Positions 29,212 through 38,619 of a stretch of DNA of 64,000 bases are shown here, in pieces (position 1 is the first letter of the stretch; every line of letters starts with the position of its first letter). Under the pieces are notes generated by a model, which was not told where the DNA came from, did not search any database, and saw only the letters and a list, made by a program, of their open reading frames with translations. Both the position numbers and the translations under genes were made by a program. The stretch comes from Paraspadella gotoi (taxonomy: Eukaryota > Animalia > Chaetognatha), in NCBI GenBank assembly GCA_051294375.1, contig CM119266.1, forward strand, positions 9,184,538-9,248,537, in the 5' to 3' direction.

Positions 29212-29479
29212 TTTGGAATACAATGCATCGCCTGAAGCAGTTCATTGATCTCTGTCTGGTCGTCGACAAATAAAATTCATTTTCTGACAACAACGCATTA
29301 TTAACTCGGATGACCTTTAAATTATGCAGTTCCCGTTTTAAATTTTGTACTAAAAAGCGTATTTAGTCAGTGAGTCTTCGTATTATCTGACCTCCCATCT
29401 CTGAATTTAAATATGGCATCTGTGAAGGAAACGTCTACCAAAGAGGACGCACCCGAAGGAGAAAAAAAATTGGGCGTGG

Positions 29480-29511
<32 letters not shown>

Positions 29512-29662
29512 TGACGAAAAAAGAGGAGGAAGAGGAGTAGGAGGAGCAGCAGTAGAAAAATGTCCGGGAAAAGAAGACGAAAAAAAAAATCTTTTTTTTT
29601 TTACGCGGAGAAAATCCTGATAAATTCGCGCAAGTAAGAAAAAAAATACCGAGTCTTTTGTG

Positions 29663-29716
<54 letters not shown>

Positions 29717-29754
29717 GTATTTACATACACTTATAAGCGAAACGGGGGACTGTG

Positions 29755-30025
29755 CGCACTGAGCAGGCGCTTCAACAAGGCATCGCCATTCGCCACACGT
29801 ACGGAACGTCCGAACGGTTCGGCCTGGTTTCGTTCGGCGGTTGATGTATCCAGATCCAGAAAACCCGTGTGCGCCACCGATGGATAGAAAAGCGAAGCTG
29901 ATTGGCTGAAGAGAAGAAAAAAAAACTGGTTGACGATCAAAAAGTCGACCGAAAGACGAACGCCGATTGGTCCATCCGCGGTTAAATATTAAATTCATGT
30001 TAGCGAGCGTGTCTCTGATTGGTCC
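29755..30025 (-). promoter_or_regulatory. Candidate promoter facing DGK: three CCAAT boxes and a TCAGT Inr-like motif
   Basis: ATTGG on the plus strand at 29901, 29966 and 30018, in RRCCAATCR context on the minus strand. CpG-rich; TCAGT near 29760. Confidence 0.35.
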
Positions 30026-30529
30026 GTTTCGTCCAACGGAAACACGAACCTCGAGTTTTGAAAAAAATTAAAGGAAAAGAAAAACTCTGAAGTGATAATA
30101 GTCGATTTAGCGAAAACAAAACGCGTACGAATAGAAATTTTGATTCTGTATATTTCGATCGTTGCTCGATGAATTCCCAAGTTAAAAAGTTATTTTTAGA
30201 TTATTATATTATCAATTTCTCAGTAGGTTGAGGAGATTAAAAAAAACCTTTCACAAGATATATCGATAACAAATGGCCTTCGCTGGAGAGATTGTGCCTG
30301 GGAGTGGGACTTTTCCGATTTTGTAGTTTCTTGACTGGTTGGTTCTTAAAACAATGGACTTTTAAGTATTAGTATTTGCTTCTGTTATGATTAAACTCGG
30401 AAAATCCAGTTTTTAGCTTCCAAATCCGTTTTCACCTTCGAATTCGTTCAAAAAAACAGGATCTTAATGCCCAAAAATTATTGTATGAAAGCTTGTAGGG
30501 TCCTGCTATGTTATTTTTTTTTGTCCAGT

Positions 30530-31080
30530 GTCCAAAGTCCCATCGATGCCAGCCAAAGATCTTACGAATTCCATTATTTATGGCTACATTTAGTTGGTAC
30601 ATATCTTTACAACGAAAGTCTTTAACTTCACAGCCATATCGTAGTACAGAGACACAATTACTGTAAAATAATTGTAACAAAACTGCTTCATTTGGTTTGT
30701 GTAATGCATTCAAAATACTATTGGAGGATCTATAAAAGGACATTAGATCAGGTGTGGGATCGAAATCAAAATTATTTCCAGATTTTAAGTTAAATCCTAA
30801 ATATTTCCAACTCGTGACTCTTTCGATGGGACATGAATCAACATTTAAATACCCAGTACCAATCCCATAATCGTTTTTGCCAAAAATCATGTACTTTGTT
30901 TTTTTGAAATTAAAAGAAAAGCCGAATTTCTTCCCATATTCAACGCTAAGGTCAATCATTCTCTGCATGCCTCCTAATGTGGGTGATGATAGGACTATGT
31001 CATCAGCATAAAAAATGCAACCTACAAATATATTTATGAAGTGACAACCAATACCAGATTTTTTTAAAATGGATAATCTT
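30530..31080 (-). mobile_element. Truncated non-LTR retrotransposon RT fragment (RTE-X-like)
   Basis: SGIGCHFINIFVGCIFYADDIVLSSPTLGGMQRMID...FNFKKTKYMIFG...WKYLG contains the YADD and KYLG motifs of LINE reverse transcriptases. Confidence 0.9.
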
Positions 31081-31117
31081 TATAGTGGGAGTAGCAATTT
31101 CATGGACACGATTTTCG

Positions 31118-31942
31118 TTAAAACAAGTATGAGCAAACAATGCCGGATCTGCCCACGATCATTAGCGGTAAGCAGCTGATCAGATAATAAATTAATTAAT
31201 TAATTAATATTAATTTTTTTAATCGCGTCAAAATCATTTTCCACTTTTTCTCGCCTCTCAATCACAAAACAACAATCTCGATCACAAAATTAATTAATTA
31301 ATTAATTAATTAATTAAAAATTACAAATAATTAATCATTAATTAATTACTTATTTATTAATAATTAGTTAATGCAGCTTGAATTTACATTTAATATAAAA
31401 ATAAAAAAGCATAATCAAATAGTGAAATAGATTGTTTGTTTTTTTCATTTTAACTCATTTCCTCTTGAACGATTCCATGGAAACTTGATTTCCAGCTTAA
31501 TCACACAGCTTTCCTACCCACATACAAAATTTCAAGTCAAATTCCCCATCAACTCATGAGTAATTAGCGTTCAAATAGTGAATTTTTTTTTTCCATTTTA
31601 ACTCATTTCCACTCGGAAGATTCCAGCGAAACTCCATTTCCAGCTCAATGACACACTTTCCTACCCACACACAATTTCATTCCAATCCATCCATCCAATC
31701 AGGAACGTTGGAATTTTTTACTAAGGTGGGACGGACGGACGGACGGACGGACGGACAGACAGATGAACGTACGGACGGACAGACAGATGAACGGACGGAT
31801 GGACATAGTTTTTTTTTTGCATAATTTATCATAATTCGATGTGCTGACAAGTGAATGCCCGACAAGATTGGGGGGGCGGACCGACGGACCGACAAAGTGA
31901 ATTATAGAGTCGAGATCTGCTGATAAGCAGATCCGACTAAAA
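31118..31942 (-). mobile_element. Helentron-associated (HINE/DINE-1-like) non-autonomous element
   Basis: Subterminal inverted repeats (gccggatctgc ~31142; gcagatccgac ~31928), terminal hairpin gtcgagatctgc...gcagatccgac, (GGAC)n array, A/T-run flanks. A related fragment lies at ~8570-8885. Confidence 0.7.
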
Positions 31943-32427
31943 ATATTGAACCAAAAAAAAACGTCGAGCAAATAAATTAATTGGTTTTTCAATTACGTGT
32001 GACGAATGATAATTCGTCAAATGGTTTGTTTATTTTTTATTTTGACTCAGAAATTTCTCTATAGAATCAGTCTTTACTTAAAAATCTAGATTTGTACAAA
32101 TTGAGCATACCCTGAAGAATCCGTTTTTACTCGAAATTCTCGGTTTACCGAGAAAAAAAAAGTAAAATATATTTATATTCCAAATTTTAGGAAAAAACCT
32201 TTCATTTTTATATAAAGTTCTCGTAATGTTTAAATTGACTGAATTATTATCGTTTTGTTTTATTGGTCAAGAAGGAATTTCGAGGAGAAAAACGGCGGAG
32301 AAAGGAGGAAGTTGCCGATTATTTGATTATTAAATTATCATTTAAAAAAAAAATTTGAGGATCTTTAACTGCAGAAAAAAATAACTAGTATTTTTTTGTT
32401 TTGTTTTTTTTTTAGGTTTTATTTTAA

Positions 32428-32577
32428 TTACAAAGTAAAATAGTTTTATTAACATTGAGGCGAACCTTCATCAGCGCAAGTTTGACTTGCGCTGATTTAG
32501 GTTCGCATTAGAACCGAAACATGTCCGAAATTACAAATTAATGTTGTTTATGTCAATAAAACTCTATTACTTTGCAA
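32428..32577. mobile_element. Palindromic Penelope-type pseudo-LTR remnant with a degenerate hammerhead
   Basis: Inverted arms around ~32483. Plus strand reads ctgattta-ggttc-gcatta-gaacc-gaaacatgtc; the opposite arm keeps CTGATGA. Confidence 0.55.
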
Positions 32578-33520
32578 GCAACTTTCAAACGCAACTATAA
32601 TTATTTTAATATAATTATTTTCTACTATGGAATATAGTAATATCCGTAGTATCTAATAAAATCCGTAAGTTTTATTAATGTATAATCATTGACTGAGTAG
32701 TCAGGAATGAAGAAGGTCGTTTGTCAAAACATGTAGATTATGCGGAACCGTCTTTATACGCCAGTTTCAAAATCAAGCGTTTGATTTTTTTTCATCAATT
32801 AACTTTGATAGTGATGAAATGTTTCGATGATAACTCATATAGCAACTGGCGAATGTGAAAAAGTTTGCATCCGCATGGATTTAAAAGACTTTTATACTGA
32901 TAAAACTATCATAATGATGTTTGATTCAAAAAATTCAATTATCATCATCTTCATTTTAACGAGGAAATTGAAATATAAAAATTTACTTACGATGTCAAAG
33001 AGTAGTAAAAAGTGGTAAACCCTGTACTGCATTATGTAAATTAGTTTTTGGTAAAAACTTGTAAAACAATTTTAATCTGTTTATACAACCTAGACTAGGC
33101 TAGACGGTTAATTATTTATAATTATTGTTTGTAAGAAAAAAAGGTGAAAAGTAAAAAATGAAACAGACAAGAAAAAAATGAACAAGATATTAGATTTTTT
33201 AATTTGGGAGAGAAAAACCGATTGACTCTCCAGTCGACGATGAGATTTTTCATTAAGAGGAAAGGTCATTCTCCATAACAATGATGTATTAGAGCTAATA
33301 CATTGAAAAATACATTATAGTCATCAGTAATCACAAAAAAATAAGTTTTTATTAATATTTTTATTAATAAAATATATAATATAATATTTCTCAAATGAAT
33401 AACAAATATTTTCACAGTCTATCAATGTTTAAATACATTTAAAAAAACTAATTATGCCAATATACGTCAACTTCAAGAAGAATAAAACAATATTGGTTTT
33501 GATAAAAATATACAATATTG

Positions 33521-34169
33521 TGAATAGACAGTAATGATTGTTATGTGTGAGTGACAGAACTGTTCAATATAAGCACTAAGCAGTCCCTGAGCTTCGATCA
33601 GGCTGTAACGACGTTTACAGGCGGGTTAAGTGCCCCATCCCTTTAACTGCTAGGCGACCACCGTCTCTAGAACCCGGACCTTTGTTTGGAGGCGATGACT
33701 TGCCTCTGGCACAATGGCGCTGATGAACGGTTGGTGGATTTGAGTCCACCATATCACTCTCCGTAGGGAGAAGTTGGTTGCGTCTCTTCAATGAATTGTT
33801 GTTGTTGGTGGAAAGTTTGTCACCAAGTTTAAGGCATGTCGCCTGATGTGTTGTTTGCGGAAAGTGCATCGCCAGTTGAGCAATGTCGCCTGAAAGTGTT
33901 GTTGTTGCTGTTGTGTTCGGAAGAGGGCTCACCAATGAAGAGACAGTAATGATTGTTATGTGTTAGTGACAGAACCGTTCAATATAAGCAGTCCCTGAGC
34001 TTCGGATCAGGCTGTAAGACCGTGTTACAGGCGGGTTAAGCGCCTGTCCCCTCTTAACTGCTAGGCGACCACCGGGCTAGAACCCCAGACCTTTGGGTTG
34101 GGAGGCAAATTACTTGCCTCCAGCACCAATGGCCGCTGATGAACGATTGGTGGATTTTAGTCCACCATA
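33521..34169 (-). mobile_element. TRIM copy 1 (LTRs ~33521-33752 and 33936-34169)
   Basis: Two ~235-bp direct repeats, PBS TGGTGAGCCC right after the 5' LTR, degenerate PPT, ~180-bp non-coding interior, ATTG on both flanks. Confidence 0.85.
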
Positions 34170-34291
34170 ATTGATAATAATATTGATAATTATATAATTA
34201 ACTATGGTTGTAATTTATTCTATTCAAAAACTTAAGGAAAAATAAAACAGAGAAGCTTTTTTTTCAATTTATTGATTAGTAAAAAAAATAT

Positions 34292-34477
34292 CTAAATATC
34301 ATAATTTTCCCTGTAACTTTTTCTGAAATCCATTATGATTTTAGAGGTTTCGTTCAAATTTTCCATCACGGTCATGTGACCGCTATCTTTGATGATGTGC
34401 AAATCGCACTGCAACAAATCCGACATGTATTGGCCGAGAGAAAAATGACTAATTTCATCTTTGTCTCCGATGATGAT
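34292..34477 (-). CDS. ABHD6-like hydrolase, last exon (IIIGDKDEISHF...IIKDSGHMTVMENLNETSKIIMDF...*)
   Basis: Catalytic Asp (G-x-x-D) and His (GH) motifs as in the ABHD6 C-terminus. Phase-0 CAG acceptor, TAG stop, AATAAA ~20 nt downstream (34268-34273). Confidence 0.9.
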   Translation of the reverse strand: MIIGDKDEISHFSLGQYMSDLLQCDLHIIKDSGHMTVMENLNETSKIIMDFRKSYRENYDI

Positions 34478-34654
34478 CTGAAAAGAAGCGATAGAATTAG
34501 TAAGCTTGGTAAGCTAGGTTAGCCAGGTAAGCTAGGCTCCTGGAATTTTTTTTTCTTTAAACAACCCATTTTATTTTGAATTTTGAATTAGGTTAGTTTT
34601 TATGTTTACAGATTCCGGTAGTGGTTAGGGATTATGTTTAAGATTAGGTTATGT

Positions 34655-35291
34655 TGAAGAGACAGTGATAATTGTTGTGTTAGTGACAGAACCGTTCAAC
34701 ATAAGCAGTCCCTGAGCTTTGGATCAGGCTGTAACACTGTGTTACAGACGGGTGAAGCGCCCCATCCCTCTTAACTGCTAGGCGACCACCGGGCTAGAAC
34801 CCCGGACCTTTGGGTTGGGAGGCGAATGACTTGCCTCTGGCACCAATGACCGCTGATGAACAGTTGGTGGATTTTAATCCACCATACATCCCCCCTCCCT
34901 TAGGGAGAAGTCTGTTGCGTCTCTTCAGTGAATTGTTGGTGGAAAGTTCGTCACCAAGTTGAGGCATGTCGCCTGATGTGTTGGCAAAAAGTGCATTGCC
35001 AGGTTGAGGCATGTCGCCTGAAAGTGTTGCTGTTGTGTTCGGAAGTCGGGCTCACCAATGAAGAGACAGTGATAATTGTTTTGTTAGTGACAGAACCGTT
35101 CGACATAAGCAGTTCCTGAACTTAGGATCAGGCTGTAACACCGTGTTACAGGCGGGTTAAGCACCCCGTCCCTCTTAACTGCTAGGCGACCACCGGGCCA
35201 GAACCCCGGACCGTTTGGTTGGGAGGCAAATGACTTGCCTCCGGCACCAATGGCCGCTGATGAACGGTTGGTGGATTTTAATCCACCATCA
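34655..35291 (-). mobile_element. TRIM copy 2, in the last intron of the hydrolase gene (LTRs ~34655-34886 and 35059-35291)
   Basis: LTR, then PBS TGGTGAGCCCGAC (tRNA-Trp-like), short interior, PPT AAGGGAGGGGGGA, then LTR. Confidence 0.88.
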
Positions 35292-35484
35292 TGGCTCAGA
35301 TTTTGAGGTTATGGTTAGAGTTTCGAGATAAGGATTAGGATGAGAATTAGGGTTAAAGATTAGCTCAAGGGTTTGGGATCATATTAAAATTATGGAGCAG
35401 AAATGGCGCGATTTTGGAAAAGAGAGCCGAAATTTTAGTGGTTTAAAAAAGAAATTATACAATTCACCGCGTAATTGCAATGGA

Positions 35485-36100
35485 GCTAATTGAGCCAGAT
35501 TAGCCAATTGAGCCAATTGAGAGAATTGAGAGAATTGAGCCAATTGCGAAAATGGAAACAATTGAGTCAATTGAGAGAATTGAGACAATTGAGCCAATTG
35601 AGAGAATTGAGCCAATAAAGAGAATTGAGACAATTGAGTCAATTGAGAAAATTGAGACAATTGAGCCAATAAAGAGAATTGAGACAATTGAGGCAATTAA
35701 GAAAATTGAACCAATAAAGAGATTTGAGACAATTGAGCCAATTGAGAAAATTGAGACAATTGAGAAAATTGAAACAATTGAGCCAATTGAGACTTTTGAG
35801 CCAAATGAGAGAATTGAGAAAATTGAGCCAATTGAAAAAAATAAAACAATTGAGCCAATTGAGACAATTGAGACAATTAAGCCAATTGAGACAATTGAGC
35901 TAATTTAGAAAATTTGAACAATCGAGCCAATTGAGCCAATTGAGACTTTTGAGCCAAATGAGAGAATTGAGAAAATTGAGCCAATTGAGAGAATTAAGAC
36001 AATTGAGCCAATTGAGAAAATTGAGAAAATTTAAACAATTGAGCCAATTGAGACAATTGAGAGAATTGAGACAATTGAGAAAATTGAGAAAATTGAGCCA
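35485..36100. repeat. 9-bp AATTGAG(NN) minisatellite
   Basis: Dozens of aattgagac/aattgagcc/aattgagag units; source of the IETIEP and SQL pseudo-ORFs. Confidence 0.95.
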
Positions 36101-36107
36101 ATCATAC

Positions 36108-36257
36108 CTGCATTGGTACATCTATGTACAGCTTCCACAAATGTATCTGTGTCTTGACTCTTTGTTCGTTCACGAAATCTTCTCGGTAGCAAAGCCAACA
36201 CTTGTAAATATCTCTACGATATGGTTTAATCAATTCGTATTGACCCCGGAGGGCTAC
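36108..36257 (-). CDS. ABHD6-like hydrolase exon (VALRGQYELIKPYRRDIYK...YIDVPMQ)
   Basis: 150-nt phase 0/0 exon with CAG and GTATGA sites. Aligns to the ABHD6 segment ILQGLVDVRIPH...IKVPTQ. Confidence 0.85.
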
Positions 36258-36438
36258 CTGAGAAGCAAAGAGAGGAAACCAAGGGCTTTTAAATTCTTCC
36301 TACCTGGTTATAATTTTAATCAAAACATTTAATAATACTCAAAAGTAATTTTGTGCTCTTTGTACAAACCGATTCGACATTGTAAATCTATATGTATATT
36401 GTATATTGTATATCTATATTGTAGAACGATCTACTCAC

Positions 36439-36683
36439 CTTGGTCATTCTGTAGGCGGGCAAATAATGAATGAGCTTTCCCATAAAAATGCGGAACCCCT
36501 TGAATCCCAAGATGTAATAATAGAAATCGCCTACGAGTTCATCGTAGAACTGTGTTCTCTCCGGACTCCAACAACAGGGAGACATGAGCGTTAAGAGCCG
36601 GACATTATCCTGAGCTTTGTACTTGATCACGTAAGTGGCGGCAACCATGGCGCCCAATGAATGTCCGATCACGTGAATCCCGC
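36439..36683 (-). CDS. ABHD6-like hydrolase exon with the nucleophile elbow (GIHVIGHSLGAMVAATY...LLTLMSP)
   Basis: GHSLG motif; phase-1 acceptor and GTGAGT donor. Confidence 0.92.
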
Positions 36684-36877
36684 CTTAAAAATCCATCATC
36701 ATCATGGATGACTATCATTGTCATAGTCATCTCTATCATTGTCATCATCATTATCGTTATTACCGTCAAAAAATGCTAAATTATAGTCGAAATGATATTC
36801 GTGTCCGTAAATACGAACAATTTTGGGTTATCGTTTGGGCTTAAATTCAGAATTAGGTTTGTATTTTGGTTTAAAGA

Positions 36878-37133
36878 TTAGGTTAGTGGTTAAGGATTGA
36901 GATTAAATTAGGTTAGTGGTTAAGGATTTAGATTAAATTAGGTTAGTGGTTAAGGATTGAGATTAAATTAGGTTAGTGGTGAAGGATTGAGATTAAATTA
37001 GGTTAGTGGTTAAGGATTGAGATTAAATTAGGTTAGTGGTTAAGGATTGAGATTAAATTAGGTTAGTGGTTAAGGATTGAGATTAGATTAGGTTAGTGAT
37101 TAAGGATTGAGATTAGATTAGGTTAGTGGTTAA
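36878..37133. repeat. 30-bp satellite (ggttagtggttaaggattgagattaaatta), resuming at 40505
   Basis: About 8 direct copies; the array continues after the hAT insertion. Confidence 0.95.
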
Positions 37134-37301
37134 TAGATCAACAAAAATCAATAACCACACTGTTTGGTTTTTATTTGTTTGCTCTATACATTCATCGATC
37201 AAATGATAGAGTACAATCCCCTTTTTTGCGGTGTTTGAACATAATAATTTATAGTCACTTTAAAGATAAAATCGATTTTAATATATTTTAGGTAATTTTA
37301 A

Positions 37302-37552
37302 AACAAAGTTTGAAGAGAGATTTAACAACGATTTTTATTTTATAGTGAAACGGACATGTTTCGACTCACATACGAGTCTTCTTCAGCGCCAATTCGTGAA
37401 TTTGAAGAGAATTTTGTGCATAAAGAAAGAGAGAGAGAGAGAGAGAGACAGAGCAAAGTTTCCAACACAGAGTTTGAGAGAAAGGATAGTGTCAGTTTTT
37501 TATTAGGGACAGGTGAAAGGTGAGGACAGAGATAGTTTGTGAAAAGAAATTG

Positions 37553-37588
<36 letters not shown>

Positions 37589-38548
37589 TGCCTGAAAATA
37601 TATTACATTATGAAATGTTACAACAATGTTAAAATTTGGTAAACTTTAATAATGAATAATATCAACAATTAGCTACAGTAATAAATTAGTGAAATGAAAT
37701 AGAAGTTCAGAAATGTGAAATATTTATTGTTAGTGAGGGATAGCTAAGTAATTAGTAAGTAATAAGAAAGAGCTCAAAAAATGAGCTGGCCCCCCTTGGT
37801 TATGAACAAATGAAGGGCTAGATTGATAAGGTCGGGTCATTGGTGTGTCATTGGCTGAGAGGACAGGTTGGTGGAGCCTACTAGTGCAGAGCTGGGAAGA
37901 CTTCCTTGCGGGAAGAAACCAAAGGCTACTCGGATGTCTCTCTGGCCTGGTACGCCTGCCGACTGCCCTCTTCTTGCCTGCTGGCGAGGTGGGCGGCTGT
38001 CTATTCTTGCCACTTTCGCGACAGGAGTGGTGGCCTCCCCCCCTTCCTCCTGCAGCCGTCGCTTTGGGCGGCGCTCAGTCCACAGAGGAAGGGAATGAGT
38101 TGCTGCAGTTGAAGGAGAGGTATCGTCTGCCCATTGCCTGCGCAAGGGTCTCCGCCTATCTCGTTGAGTGGAGATGGGGAATCATTGTGCGGACGTGGTG
38201 GAGACGGGCCTCACCACGCTTTTGATAAGCGAATCATAGCTTGGAGGGAGATCGATCGTCCTCCATCACGGTTCAAAGAGGGCTCGAGGGCTTTGATGTA
38301 GATTGCCTCTCTAATACCTCTTGAAAACCAGCTTGGGTCATTTTTGAGCTCTTTCTTATTACTTGAAATTTCCCTTTTCCTAATTACTTAGCTATCCCTC
38401 ACTAACAATAAATATTTCACATTTCTGAACTTCTATTTCATTTCACTAATGTATTACTGTAGCTAATTGTTGATATTATTCATTATTAAAGTTTACCAAA
38501 TTTTAACATTGTTGTACATTTCATAATGTAATATATTTTCAGGCACTG

Positions 38549-38582
<34 letters not shown>

Positions 38583-38619
38583 NNNNNNNNNNNNNNNNNN
38601 NNNNNNNAAAAAAAACACA
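37302..38619 (-). mobile_element. Penelope-like element fragment (GIY-YIG endonuclease C-terminus) between inverted pseudo-LTRs
   Basis: DPSWFSRGIREAIYIKALEPSLNRDGGR at ~38339-38256. Inverted arms ~37302-37785 and 38339 to the gap. Flanking 12-bp duplication AGGTAATTTTAA. Confidence 0.88.
37349..37390 (-). ncRNA. Minimal type I hammerhead ribozyme in the Penelope pLTR
   Basis: Minus strand: ggcg-CUGAAGA-a-gacuc-guaugu-gaguc-GAAA-caug-UC-cguu. Conserved core, 5-bp stem II, palindromic stem III, GUC cleavage triplet. Confidence 0.8.

Noticed and set aside
34853-34890. CTGATGA in the TRIM LTR as a hammerhead core
   Set aside because: No GAAA follows the downstream stem, so the catalytic core is incomplete.
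35379-36332. IETIEP/SQL repeat proteins
   Set aside because: Translations of a 9-bp intronic minisatellite.
36878-37133. CRISPR-like or telomeric array
   Set aside because: Head-to-tail 30-bp units with no unique spacers and no cas genes; TTAGG is only part of the unit.
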